A DNA stretch of 32,000 nucleotides from Mycolicibacterium smegmatis. Its GTDB lineage: Bacteria > Actinomycetota > Actinomycetes > Mycobacteriales > Mycobacteriaceae. The notes beneath the pieces are model-generated. The model was not told the origin of the DNA and ran no database searches. It saw nothing but the letters and a program-made list of their open reading frames with translations. The stretch covers positions 210,001 through 242,000 of the forward strand of contig NZ_LN831039.1 in the NCBI RefSeq assembly GCF_001457595.1, written 5' to 3'. Of the stretch, positions 1-8,881 are shown one piece after another. The translations under genes were made by a program, and so were the position numbers. Each line of letters begins with the position of its first letter. The stretch's first letter is position 1.

Positions 1-2
1 AC

Positions 3-1235
3 GAATACGGCTATGGCGCCGCCGAAGAGGCCATCCGGGACGCACACGGGTGGAGCATGTCGGAGACGTTCTGGCTGCTGGCCATCTGGGCGCTGTTCCA
101 GGCCGGCATCGCCTTCCCCGCAGGCAAACTGCGTGAGAAGGGCATCGTGTCGGCTCGTGCCGCGATGCTCATCGGCGCGGCCCTGTCCGCACTCGGGTTC
201 GTCACCCTCACCCAGGGGAACCTGTTCGTCGCGTACCTCGGCTTCGCGGTGTGCGGCGGTATCGGGGCAGGCCTGGTGTACGCGACGTGTATCAACATGG
301 TCGGCAAGTGGTTCCCCGAACGACGCGGCGGCAAGACCGGTTTCGTCAACGGCGGATTTGCTTACGGCGCAGTACCGTTCATTTTCATCTTCAGCTACGC
401 GCTGCACCCGAGCACCTACGTGTGGGTGCTCGACCTCGTCGGTGCGTACATGCTGGTGGTCCTCGTCATCTGCGGCCTGATGTTCCGCGACCCGCCGAAG
501 AACTGGTGGCCGGAGTCGGTCGACCCGCTGCAGTGGGCCAACAGCAAGGCCGGTGCCAAGGGGCTGGCCAAGAACCCGCCTGCCGTCAAGCAGTTCACGC
601 CGATGGAGGCCATCAAGACCGGCATGTTGCCGCTCATGTGGCTGTCGTTGGGCATCAGCGCAGGTGTGTCTCTCTTCGGCAGCAGCTACATGGTGCCGTT
701 CGCCAAGGAACTCGGCTTCGGGCCGCTGATCGCGGCATCGTCGGCGGGCGTGCTGTCGATCATCAACGGCACCGGACGCGGCGCGACCGGATGGGTGTCG
801 GACCGGCTCGGCCGCAAGCTGACGCTGATCCTGGTGCTGCTGGTGTCGGCCGTGGCGCTCGTGGGCCTGCTCTACGCGGGTCAGGCGCACAACGAGGTCC
901 TGTTCCTGTTCTTCGCCTTCCTGGTGGGCTTCGGTGGCGGCGCGTTCTACCCGATGTTCGCGGCGCTGACCCCGGACTACTTCGGTGAGAACAACAACGC
1001 CAGTAACTACGGCCTGGTCTACAGCTCCAAGCTGCTGGGCTCGGTCGTCGGTATCGGTGTGGGCGCCAGCGTGATCGACACCTGGGGGTACGCCGGTGCG
1101 TACTGGATCGCCGCGGCCAGCGCCCTGGTGTCCGCCGCCATCGCTGTGTTCCTGCGCCAGCCAGGTCGCCGCAGCGGGGCAGCGGTTGCCCCGAGTTCGA
1201 CGAAGACGTCCACGTTGGCGTCGGCGTCGGACTGA
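3..1235 (+). CDS. MFS transporter, OFA (oxalate/formate antiporter-like) family, 5'-truncated by the window edge
   Basis: Frame stays open upstream of the listed Met at 57 to the window edge (EYGYGAAEEAIRDAHGWSMSETFW...). Multiple TM segments, GFVNGGFAYGA / YMVPFAKELGFGP / GFGGGAFYPMFAALTPDYFG motifs typical of OFA MFS proteins. Confidence 0.85.
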   Translation, partial: EYGYGAAEEAIRDAHGWSMSETFWLLAIWALFQAGIAFPAGKLREKGIVSARAAMLIGAALSALGFVTLTQGNLFVAYLGFAVCGGIGAGLVYATCINMVGKWFPERRGGKTGFVNGGFAYGAVPFIFIFSYALHPSTYVWVLDLVGAYMLVVLVICGLMFRDPPKNWWPESVDPLQWANSKAGAKGLAKNPPAVKQFTPMEAIKTGMLPLMWLSLGISAGVSLFGSSYMVPFAKELGFGPLIAASSAGVLSIINGTGRGATGWVSDRLGRKLTLILVLLVSAVALVGLLYAGQAHNEVLFLFFAFLVGFGGGAFYPMFAALTPDYFGENNNASNYGLVYSSKLLGSVVGIGVGASVIDTWGYAGAYWIAAASALVSAAIAVFLRQPGRRSGAAVAPSSTKTSTLASASD

Positions 1236-1325
1236 CCGAACAACCGGCCGAGGGGGTCATGGAGGGGGATCCCCTCGGCCGTGTCCACACGAATACGTAC
1301 ATCGAGATCGGAGAGAACCCGCGCC

Positions 1326-2255
1326 GTGACCACAATGCTGATCCACCACGAGATCTTCGCCGCCCACCGCACCGCGGCCGGGCACCCGGAACGTCCGGAC
1401 CGCTATCGAGCGGTGGAAATGGCCTTGGCGCAGAGCCGGTTCGACGATCTGCTGCGGGTCGAGGCCGAACTCGCCGAACTCGACGTCACGCGGTACGTCC
1501 ACAGCAACGCCTACGTCGACGCGCTCGAGGCTGCGCGACCGACCGACGGCTTCGTCTACCTCGACGGCGGCGACACCATGATGGAGCCCTCGACGTGGGA
1601 GGTCGTGCTACGCGGTGTCGGCGGCACACTGCAGGCCGTCGACAGTGTGCTCGACGGTACGGCGCAGAACGCCTTCGTCGCGTGCCGCCCGCCGGGGCAC
1701 CACGCGGAAACCGAGCGCGCGATGGGCTTCTGCCTGTTCAACAACATCAGCATCGGGGCGCGTCACGCGCAGCTCAAGCACGGATTGTCGCGCGTCGCGA
1801 TCGTCGACTTCGACGTGCACCACGGCAACGGAACCCAGGAGATCTTCTACTCCGACGGCAGTGTGGTGTACGCCTCGACCCATCAGATGCCGCTGTTCCC
1901 CGGCACCGGTGCAACCGATGAGACGGGCGTCGGCAACATTTTCAACGCACCGCTGCGCGCGGGCGACGGCGGTGACGAACTGCGGGAGGCGTTCCGGGAC
2001 CGGATCATCCCGGCGGTCGACCGCTTCGAACCGGAACTGATCATCGTCTCGGCGGGTTTCGACGCCCACGAACGCGATCCGCTGGGATCACTGTCGATGA
2101 CGGCAGACGATTTCGGTTGGGCCACAAGGGAGCTGATGGCAGCGGCCGAGCGGCACTGCGAAGGCCGGTTGGTGTCGGTGCTCGAAGGCGGATACGACCT
2201 GCAGGGCCTGCGGGAGTCGGTCAGCGCCCACGTGGACGAACTGGTGCGAGGCTGA
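1326..2255 (+). CDS. Class II histone deacetylase / acetylpolyamine amidohydrolase family protein
   Basis: CRPPGHHAE, DFDVHHGNGTQ, SAGFDAHERDPLG and LEGGYD motifs of the zinc-dependent HDAC fold. GTG start at 1326 chosen over the ORF-track start 1281. Confidence 0.9.
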   Translation: MTTMLIHHEIFAAHRTAAGHPERPDRYRAVEMALAQSRFDDLLRVEAELAELDVTRYVHSNAYVDALEAARPTDGFVYLDGGDTMMEPSTWEVVLRGVGGTLQAVDSVLDGTAQNAFVACRPPGHHAETERAMGFCLFNNISIGARHAQLKHGLSRVAIVDFDVHHGNGTQEIFYSDGSVVYASTHQMPLFPGTGATDETGVGNIFNAPLRAGDGGDELREAFRDRIIPAVDRFEPELIIVSAGFDAHERDPLGSLSMTADDFGWATRELMAAAERHCEGRLVSVLEGGYDLQGLRESVSAHVDELVRG

Positions 2256-2876
2256 TCAGTGAACCAGTTCGCGCAGGCCGAGATCCCACTCTCGGTTGCG
2301 GCTCCGGTTGAGCACGACGTGCAGCGCGGCGTAGCCGCCGCCGATCAGGCCCACCATGGCCAGCCAGGCGAACACGAACACGCCGATACCGGCGATGCGT
2401 GCGTCGGACTCGGTCTTCGGTGCCGACGTCACGGCGCCTTTCTCGTCGAGCCAGATCTGCACCGTGTCGCCGGCCTTCACCGGATGGTCGACGGAGGTTT
2501 CGGCGGTCCGCACACCGCGGTTGGTTTCCCACTTCACCGGCACACGGAAGGACGCCGCTGCCGAGGACTCGGCCACCGTGGGATCGATCGTGCTGCCCTT
2601 GGTCGCTGTCGCGTCGACGGCGTGACGCGTAGCGGCCTCGGCAGCAATGGTTTCGGCACGTCCGGCGTATCCGGCTTGGCCCAGAAGCGCCGCGGGATAG
2701 AGGGCCACGACCGCCAGTAGCAGTCCGGCGATCAGTGCCCATGCCTGGATGCGATCGGCACGGCGCACAAGCGGTGTGCGGACGAACGCACAGGCCGCCC
2801 ACCAGCGGACGGGGGTCGCCGTACCAGACGGAACCCGTGCGCGGGTTTTTGTATACATACAAAGATGGTCGCCCAT
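2256..2876 (-). CDS. Rv1733c-like two-TM membrane protein
   Basis: N-terminal TM (IQAWALIAGLLLAVVALYPAALLG), extracytoplasmic domain with VPVKWETNRGVRTAETSVDHPVKAGDTVQIWLDEKG, C-terminal TM. Start uncertain: 2876, 2858 or further downstream. Confidence 0.7.
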   Translation of the reverse strand: MGDHLCMYTKTRARVPSGTATPVRWWAACAFVRTPLVRRADRIQAWALIAGLLLAVVALYPAALLGQAGYAGRAETIAAEAATRHAVDATATKGSTIDPTVAESSAAASFRVPVKWETNRGVRTAETSVDHPVKAGDTVQIWLDEKGAVTSAPKTESDARIAGIGVFVFAWLAMVGLIGGGYAALHVVLNRSRNREWDLGLRELVH

Positions 2877-3038
2877 GGTCGCGTAGGCATGCCACTCGAT
2901 TACCGGCGATATCGGTCACACCCGTGCCCCTGCGGGGTGAAAGCCCAGCAAAATCCGCACGAGTGTGGCTCAGAACACGGGCAATCCGGGGTCCATTCCG
3001 AGGCGCACGCGGCCCGCGGGTGCGTGGCGGACGGCGCT

Positions 3039-3359
3039 TCACATGGTCAGCAGCGCCACCACGGCCACGATCGCGCACCAGACGCATGTGACGACGAACG
3101 CGGCCGGTACCCCTGCCCCCGGCAGGGGGCGGCCGTCGCGCATCGCGGATTCGACGGCGCGGGATCGGCGCCGGTATGCGACCACGAGCCCGAGCGCGAC
3201 AACTGCGGCCGAACCGAAGGCGATTGTGGCGACGGCATTCTGCCCGAGAACAACGGGTCTGCCGACCAGCGCGAGGACGGCCACGAGCGCCAGCAGCGAC
3301 CGGCGCCAGGTCAGCCTGGTGCGTTCGACCTGTAGTCCGCTGTCACGCATGGGTGTCAC
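3039..3359 (-). CDS. DUF202 family membrane protein
   Basis: MRDSGLQVERTRLTWRRSLLALVAV...; GTG start at 3359 overlaps the upstream gene's TGA (GTGA overlap). Confidence 0.75.
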   Translation of the reverse strand: MTPMRDSGLQVERTRLTWRRSLLALVAVLALVGRPVVLGQNAVATIAFGSAAVVALGLVVAYRRRSRAVESAMRDGRPLPGAGVPAAFVVTCVWCAIVAVVALLTM

Positions 3360-3715
3360 CCCAGCAGGAGCCCGGCCAGAATGACGAGCCCGATGACCGG
3401 TAGCGCGACGGTCAGGCCCGGTGCCAGGACCGAGGACGGCAGTGGTTCTCCTCGGCGCATCGCGCGTTCGGTGGCGGCCCACGACAACCACGCGACCGGC
3501 GGGAGCGCGATCGCGAGCACCACCAGGGCGACCGAGGCCACGAGGCGAAGAGTGGGCTGCAGCGGTAGACCCAGCGTCTCCAGTGCGACGCCCGCGGCCA
3601 GCAGAGCCAGTGACGTGCGCAGCCAGGCGAGCAGGGTGCGCTCGTTGGCCAGGGTGAACCGCGGGTCGGGATCTGAACCCGTGTCGTACACGGATCGCGG
3701 GAATCGGTTGCGCAT
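3356..3715 (-). CDS. YidH/DUF202 family membrane protein
   Basis: MRNRFPRSVYDTGSDPDPRFTLANERTLLAWLRTSLALLAAGVALE, a classic DUF202 RxxLANERTxLAWxRTxLAL motif. ATG at 3715, not the longer ORF to 3979. Confidence 0.88.
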   Translation of the reverse strand: MRNRFPRSVYDTGSDPDPRFTLANERTLLAWLRTSLALLAAGVALETLGLPLQPTLRLVASVALVVLAIALPPVAWLSWAATERAMRRGEPLPSSVLAPGLTVALPVIGLVILAGLLLG

Positions 3716-3791
3716 GAGCGTTCCCACTCTATTGCTCGTTCCTCGAGATGACCGTTCGCATTGAAGGGTCGCCGCTCCCGTGGTTTCATAT

Positions 3792-3812
3792 GACAATTGA
3801 TTGTCGAACAAT
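3792..3812. promoter_or_regulatory. Candidate operator for the GntR/FCD regulator, upstream of the FAD oxidoreductase/ABC operon
   Basis: GACAATTGATTGTCGAACAAT: GACAA-N4-TTGTC dyad (3792-3805) overlapping a perfect ATTGT-CGA-ACAAT dyad (3800-3812). 16/21 identical, same strand, to 8271-8291. Confidence 0.6.
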
Positions 3813-3824
3813 CTGGGGGTAGCG

Positions 3825-4961
3825 GTGTCATCTGTGGTCGTTGTGGGATCCGGGGTCGTCGGTCTGTGCACCGCGTGGAATCTGGCACGGGCCGGTGCCG
3901 AAGTGACCGTCGTGTCGGATCTGGATCCCGAACGGGAGATCGGATGGGGTTCGGGTGCCTGGGTGAATGCGAGCAGCAAGGTCCGGCTCGGATACCCCGA
4001 TCACTACACGCTGCTCAACCAGCGGGGCATGACGGCGCTGCACCACCTCGCCGAAAAGCTCACGGACGAACGCTGGCTGCACATCACCGGCGCCGTCGAG
4101 ATTGTTTCAGGAGACGATCAGCGGCGCACCCTTGCCGAGGATGTTCGTCGCCTGGTCGAATTCGATTACCCTGCGGAGCTTCTCGATGATGCAGACGCGG
4201 CACGGGTGATGCCGGGGGTGCGCCTGGCCGACGACGAGGCGGCCGCGGTGTTTCCCGCCGAGGGGTGGGTCGACATCGCGTTGCTCCTCACGACCCTCAC
4301 TGCCGCCATCGCCGAAGCGGGTGGCAGATTCGTCCGCCGAACCGTGACCGGTTTCGTCGACGACGCCGGCACCGTGACGGGAGTCGGCCTGGATGACGGG
4401 TCGGTGCTGAGCGCTGACCGCTACGTCATCGCGGCCGGAGCATGGACCGGACAACTCGCCGCACTCGCAGGCATCGACATCCCCGTTCTCCCGGCCGACC
4501 ACCCCAAGGTGCCCGGCCTCGCGGTTGCCGTCACCAGCCCGGCCAACGAGTCGTTCCCGATTCTCGTCACACCCGAGGTGGTCGCACGCCCATCGGGCCC
4601 GAACCGCATGTTGCTGGCCGGAGACAGCCACGGCATCGCCCTGACGATCGATTCGCCACGCTCGGATCTCATCCGGGCCGCCGAGGTCCTGCTCGCGCGA
4701 GCAGCGGCACGTGTCCCCGCGCTGGCGGCCTCCGCCATCCTCGACGTGCGGTTGAGCCTGCGCGCGATTCCGTCGGACGGCATCACCATCGCGGGATTCC
4801 CGGCCGGGCGTGACGACGTGTACGTGCTGACCACACACAGCGGGTTCTCCCTGGCCGCTGTTCTCGGAGACCTCGCGGCACGCGAGATCCTCACCGGGCA
4901 AGAGCAGCAAGCCCTGCATGAGTACCGGCCGACCCGCTTCTCCGCCAATGCCTCTGCCTGA
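3825..4961 (+). CDS. FAD-dependent oxidoreductase, DAO (D-amino-acid oxidase/dehydrogenase-like) family
   Basis: VVVVGSGVVGLCTAWNLARAGAEVTVV dinucleotide-binding motif and DAO-type C-terminus (AGFPAGRDDVYVLTTHSGFSLAAVLGDLAAREI). GTG start at 3825 preceded by GGGGG. Confidence 0.87.
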   Translation: MSSVVVVGSGVVGLCTAWNLARAGAEVTVVSDLDPEREIGWGSGAWVNASSKVRLGYPDHYTLLNQRGMTALHHLAEKLTDERWLHITGAVEIVSGDDQRRTLAEDVRRLVEFDYPAELLDDADAARVMPGVRLADDEAAAVFPAEGWVDIALLLTTLTAAIAEAGGRFVRRTVTGFVDDAGTVTGVGLDDGSVLSADRYVIAAGAWTGQLAALAGIDIPVLPADHPKVPGLAVAVTSPANESFPILVTPEVVARPSGPNRMLLAGDSHGIALTIDSPRSDLIRAAEVLLARAAARVPALAASAILDVRLSLRAIPSDGITIAGFPAGRDDVYVLTTHSGFSLAAVLGDLAAREILTGQEQQALHEYRPTRFSANASA

Positions 4962-4971
4962 GGGAGCCATC

Positions 4972-5826
4972 GTGAACAAGAGCATGCAGCGTCTGGCCCG
5001 CAGTGCGCTGGCCTGTTGCGTCGCGGGAGCCCTCGTCAGCGGATGTTCGTCCGCGCCGGGCGACACGTCGCAGGAAACCGACGGCGCGAAACCGAGCGGC
5101 CAGGAGATCACCGTGGCCACCGACGCCACGTACCGTCCGTTCGAGACCGTCGACCCCGCCACGAAGAAGATCGTCGGCCTCGATGCCGACCTCGTCGAGG
5201 CGATCGGTGACACGCTCGGGCTCACGGTGAAGTTCACCAACGTCGGATTCGACAGCATCGTGCCGGGGCTTCAGGCCCGCAAGTACGACGCCGCCGCGTC
5301 GGGGATCTCGGTGACACCCGAACGTGAGAAAGTCGTCGACTTCGTCCCGTACATGAGTGCGGGTTCGGGGCTCGCGGTGCAGAAGGGCAATCCGCACGAC
5401 CTGAAGATGGAGCCACTTGCATTGTGCGGGCACACCATCGGCGCACCGAAGGGCACGATCCAGGCGATCGGCCAACTGCCCGAGATCTCGGCCAAATGCG
5501 TGGCAGAGGGCAAGCCCGAGATATCGATCTCCCAGTTCCCCTCGCAGGACGCGGTCAACCTCGCGCTTTCGAGCGGCCGCATCGACGCCGCGATGGCCGC
5601 CAACATAAGCCTGGCCATCGAGGTCGAGGAATCCGACGGCGCACTGGAACTCGCACCCGGCGATCCTTACGACCCGAGCCCCGTCGGCATCGCCTTCCCC
5701 AAGGGCTCCGATCTGCTGCCGGCCGTCAAGACCGCGATGGCGCAACTGGATTCGAGCGGTGAGCTCAAGAAGATCGTCACCAAGTGGGGCATGCCGGAGA
5801 ACTCGATCTACACCGGTGCATCGTGA
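4972..5826 (+). CDS. Polar amino-acid ABC transporter substrate-binding lipoprotein
   Basis: Lipobox LVSGC; ITVATDATYRPFETVDPATKKIVGLDADLVEAIGDTLGL typical of bacterial SBP family 3. Confidence 0.92.
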   Translation: MNKSMQRLARSALACCVAGALVSGCSSAPGDTSQETDGAKPSGQEITVATDATYRPFETVDPATKKIVGLDADLVEAIGDTLGLTVKFTNVGFDSIVPGLQARKYDAAASGISVTPEREKVVDFVPYMSAGSGLAVQKGNPHDLKMEPLALCGHTIGAPKGTIQAIGQLPEISAKCVAEGKPEISISQFPSQDAVNLALSSGRIDAAMAANISLAIEVEESDGALELAPGDPYDPSPVGIAFPKGSDLLPAVKTAMAQLDSSGELKKIVTKWGMPENSIYTGAS

Positions 5827-6755
5827 CCGGCGCGATGACGGCGACCGAGACGTGCGAAACGCAGTCCCCCGGCGTCGCACGTGTGGTCAGACAACGCCAT
5901 CTCGGGCGCTGGCTCAGCGGCGGTGTCATGGTCGTCCTCGTCGCGCTCGCACTCCGATCGGTGGCCACCAATGACCGCTTCGGGTGGCCGCTGGTCGCGG
6001 GGTACCTCTTCGACCCGCAGATCCTCGAGGGCGTCCGCCTCACGCTGGTCCTGACGTTCGTGTGCATGGCCATCGGCATCGTGCTCGGTACCGTGCTGGC
6101 CGTCATGCGGTTGTCGGCGAATCCCGTCGCGCAGGCCCTGGCGTTCGCGTATGTGGGGTTCTTCCGTGGCACACCGGTGCTGGTCCAGTTGATCTTCTGG
6201 TTCAACTTCGCCGCGCTGTACCCGCACCTGTCGTTCGGCATACCCGGCGTCGACATCGACGCGAACGCGCTGATCAGCCCGGTCCTCGCCGGTGTGCTGG
6301 GACTCGGGCTCCACGAGGCGGCGTATATGGCCGAGATAATCAGGGGTGGAATAGGTTCCATCGATGTCGGGCAGATCGAGGCGGCACGGGCTTTGGGCTT
6401 GAGGAAGAACCAGGTGCTCCGGCGGATCGTGCTGCCGCAGGCGATGCGGGTGATCGTGCCTCCGACCGGCAACGAGGTGGTCGGCATGCTGAAGACCAGC
6501 TCACTGGTCAGCGTCCTGGCGGTCGGTGAACTGCTGTACTCCGCACAGCTGATCTACGCTTCGAACTACCAGACGATTCCGCTGCTGATCGTCGCGAGCC
6601 TGTGGTACCTGGTGCTGACCGCGGTGCTCAGCGCCGGTCAGATGCGGCTCGAGCGGCACTTCGCCAGGGGCAGCGTCGAAATCAGAACCGCTGCCGCAGA
6701 ATGGGTTCGCGGCTGGTTGGGCCTCGGTCATCTCGCGAGGCGAGGTGTGCGATGA
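5823..6755 (+). CDS. Polar amino-acid ABC transporter permease
   Basis: [30 protein letters not shown]...[19 protein letters not shown]; [32 protein letters not shown] loop. GTGA overlap with upstream stop. Confidence 0.93.
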   Translation: MTGAMTATETCETQSPGVARVVRQRHLGRWLSGGVMVVLVALALRSVATNDRFGWPLVAGYLFDPQILEGVRLTLVLTFVCMAIGIVLGTVLAVMRLSANPVAQALAFAYVGFFRGTPVLVQLIFWFNFAALYPHLSFGIPGVDIDANALISPVLAGVLGLGLHEAAYMAEIIRGGIGSIDVGQIEAARALGLRKNQVLRRIVLPQAMRVIVPPTGNEVVGMLKTSSLVSVLAVGELLYSAQLIYASNYQTIPLLIVASLWYLVLTAVLSAGQMRLERHFARGSVEIRTAAAEWVRGWLGLGHLARRGVR

Positions 6756-7534
6756 CGGTGCCCTCCGAGACGGCGCGACCCCTTGTGCGCGCGCAGAGCG
6801 TGACCAAGTCGTTCGGGACCGTACGGGTGCTCGACAACGTCGACGTCGAGATCGCGCGCGGTGAGGTGGTCTGTCTGATCGGTCCGTCCGGATCGGGCAA
6901 GAGCACCTTCCTGCGATGCATCAACCACCTGGAAACCCTTGACGGTGGCCAACTGTGGGTGGACGGCGAACTGGTGGGCTACCGGCGCAAGGGCGACAAG
7001 CTGATCGAGTTGAGTGATCGCCAGGCCAGCGTCCGACGTGCCGAGATCGGCATGGTGTTCCAGCATTTCAATCTGTTTCCGCACATGACGGTGATACAGA
7101 ACATCGTCGAGGCCCCGGTCAGAACCCGGCGTGCCACGCTCGAGGAGGCCACGGCGCGTGGCGAGGATCTGCTCACGCGAATGGGATTGGCAGACAAGCG
7201 CACGGTATACCCCGCCGAGTTGTCGGGCGGGCAGAAACAACGCGTCGCCATCGCCCGCGCTCTCGCGATGCAACCGAAACTCATGCTCTTCGACGAGCCG
7301 ACCTCCGCGCTCGATCCGGAACTGGTCGGTGACGTCCTTCGTGTGATGAAGGGGCTCGCGGAATCGGGTATGACCATGATCATCGTGACCCACGAGATCG
7401 GATTCGCACGTGAGGTGGCCGATCGGGTCATCTTCTTCGAGAACGGCCGTGTGGTGGAACAGGGTTCGGCCCGCGATGTGCTCGACTCGCCGTCGAACCC
7501 GCGCACCGCGGCCTTCCTGTCCGCGGTGCGCTGA
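6752..7534 (+). CDS. Polar amino-acid ABC transporter ATP-binding protein
   Basis: Walker [10 protein letters not shown], signature [15 protein letters not shown], Walker [18 protein letters not shown] overlap with permease stop. Confidence 0.95.
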   Translation: MTVPSETARPLVRAQSVTKSFGTVRVLDNVDVEIARGEVVCLIGPSGSGKSTFLRCINHLETLDGGQLWVDGELVGYRRKGDKLIELSDRQASVRRAEIGMVFQHFNLFPHMTVIQNIVEAPVRTRRATLEEATARGEDLLTRMGLADKRTVYPAELSGGQKQRVAIARALAMQPKLMLFDEPTSALDPELVGDVLRVMKGLAESGMTMIIVTHEIGFAREVADRVIFFENGRVVEQGSARDVLDSPSNPRTAAFLSAVR

Positions 7535-7543
7535 CCCGGTGTC

Positions 7544-8215
7544 TCAATTCTCGCCAGGGTCTGCCGTACCGAGGAGCAGACGTTGAGCCAGGTCGAGCCT
7601 GCGCTCGAGCTGCTCGCGTGCGCCGACGGTGTCGCCGTCGAGAAGCATCCTGAGGAACTCCTCGTGGCGGTTGGTGAGCTCGGTGCCCGGAAGGATTGTC
7701 GAGTCCCGGTACTGCGAAACCAGGGCGAGTTGCAACTCGCTCATCAGCTCTCCGTGTATCCGGCTGAGGCGCGGGGAGTTCAGGAGACCGACGAGCGTGA
7801 TGTGAACGAACATGTCGGCACGGTTGCGGTCGACGGCAGCCCCGGTGCGGATCGCTTGCCCGAACTCGTCCACGGCACGCCGCAATTCGGCGAGCGCTGC
7901 CGCGCCGGCGGTTCCGGCTGCGTCCACGGCCGTCAGCTCGATGAGTTTGCGCACCACGAACAGATCCCGGATCTCGTCGGCGGTGAGTTGTTTGACCTCG
8001 ACGCCCCGGAACGAGGTGCGCCGCAGCAGACCTTCGTCGCTCAGACGCACGAGCGCTTCGCGCACCGAGCCGCGCGACACCTTCATCCGCTCGGCGAGAT
8101 CGACTTCCCGCAGCGGTGTGCCTGGCGTCAGCTCACCCGACAGCACGGCAGCCCGCAGTGCGTCGGAAACGCGCTCGACCGTGGTGGATCGGTTGACCGA
8201 CAAGTCGGGCAGCAA
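7544..8215 (-). CDS. GntR-family transcriptional regulator with FCD-type C-terminal domain
   Basis: N-terminal wHTH (VERVSDALRAAVLSGELTPGTPLREVDLAERMKVSRGSVREALVRLSDEGLLRR), FCD-like C-terminus. TTG start at 8215 preceded by GAGGAGG. Confidence 0.88.
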   Translation of the reverse strand: MLPDLSVNRSTTVERVSDALRAAVLSGELTPGTPLREVDLAERMKVSRGSVREALVRLSDEGLLRRTSFRGVEVKQLTADEIRDLFVVRKLIELTAVDAAGTAGAAALAELRRAVDEFGQAIRTGAAVDRNRADMFVHITLVGLLNSPRLSRIHGELMSELQLALVSQYRDSTILPGTELTNRHEEFLRMLLDGDTVGAREQLERRLDLAQRLLLGTADPGEN

Positions 8216-8250
8216 GGTGTTTCCTCCTCGGGCGCAGGGCAGCTGGCCCC

Positions 8251-8279
8251 AGACTATCGATGGATCGCCGGACAAACAA
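8251..8279 (-). promoter_or_regulatory. Candidate sigma70-type promoter of the GntR gene
   Basis: On the minus strand: TTGTTT (8279-8274), 17-nt spacer, TAGTCT (8256-8251). Confidence 0.45.
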
Positions 8280-8291
8280 TTGTCGGACGAT
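8271..8291. promoter_or_regulatory. Candidate GntR/FCD autoregulatory operator
   Basis: GACAAACAATTGTCGGACGAT: GACAA-N4-TTGTC dyad matching the 3792 site, overlapping the predicted -35. Confidence 0.6.
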
Positions 8292-8320
8292 TCCCGCGGA
8301 ATAGGCGTTGCCCGCGCCGG

Positions 8321-8830
8321 TCAGTCACCCGGGGGCCGGTTGTCGTCGAGACCGGTCGCGGCCCGCAGAAACGGCCCGAACAGGCGCCAACCCAGTTGGA
8401 GGGCAATGGCGTCCGCGGTGGCGGCACGGGCGGCGTGATCGTCCTGATGCCGTTGGCGCGCAGCCTCGACGAGTTCTTCGACCACGGGGAACCGGTGTTG
8501 GAGCGCTCCTACGTCGTAGCCGTCCAGAAGCGCACGGGCGATGACCTTCCAACTGCGTTCGACGTGGGCCTCGATCACCTCCTCTGGCGCGTCCGTTCCC
8601 CGGGCCGTCACCAGTTCGTCGGCGAGGAAATCGAGGACCGCCGCGACGAGGGCCTCCTTGTTGCCGATATGGCGAAAGATCAGTCCGGCGTTGACGCCCG
8701 AGCGTTCGGCGACGTCGCGCAGCGACGTCGCGGCCGGTCCGCGTTCGGCGAACAGGTCCGCGGCGTGTGTCAGCACCACGGGGCGAATCCGCGCGCCCGC
8801 GTCACGTTGCCCGCCGCTTGCTGTAGTCAC
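8321..8830 (-). CDS. TetR-family transcriptional regulator
   Basis: THAADLFAERGPAATSLRDVAERSGVNAGLIFRHIGNKEALVAAVLDFL is a TetR N-terminal HTH. GTG start at 8830. Confidence 0.9.
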   Translation of the reverse strand: MTTASGGQRDAGARIRPVVLTHAADLFAERGPAATSLRDVAERSGVNAGLIFRHIGNKEALVAAVLDFLADELVTARGTDAPEEVIEAHVERSWKVIARALLDGYDVGALQHRFPVVEELVEAARQRHQDDHAARAATADAIALQLGWRLFGPFLRAATGLDDNRPPGD

Positions 8831-8863
8831 TCGACTACATTAGCGTGTAGTCATTCGACTACA
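8822..8863. promoter_or_regulatory. Tandem TetR operator candidates
   Basis: TGTAGTC-ACTC-GACTACA (8822-8839) and TGTAGTC-ATTC-GACTACA (8846-8863); both perfect 7-4-7 inverted repeats, 24 bp apart. Confidence 0.75.
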
Positions 8864-8881
8864 AACGTGAGGAGCGCGCAG

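Noticed and set aside
2877-3038. Possible DosR box upstream of the Rv1733c-like gene
   Set aside because: Rv1733c itself is DosR-regulated, but I see no sequence resembling TTSGGGACTWWAGTCCCSAA here.
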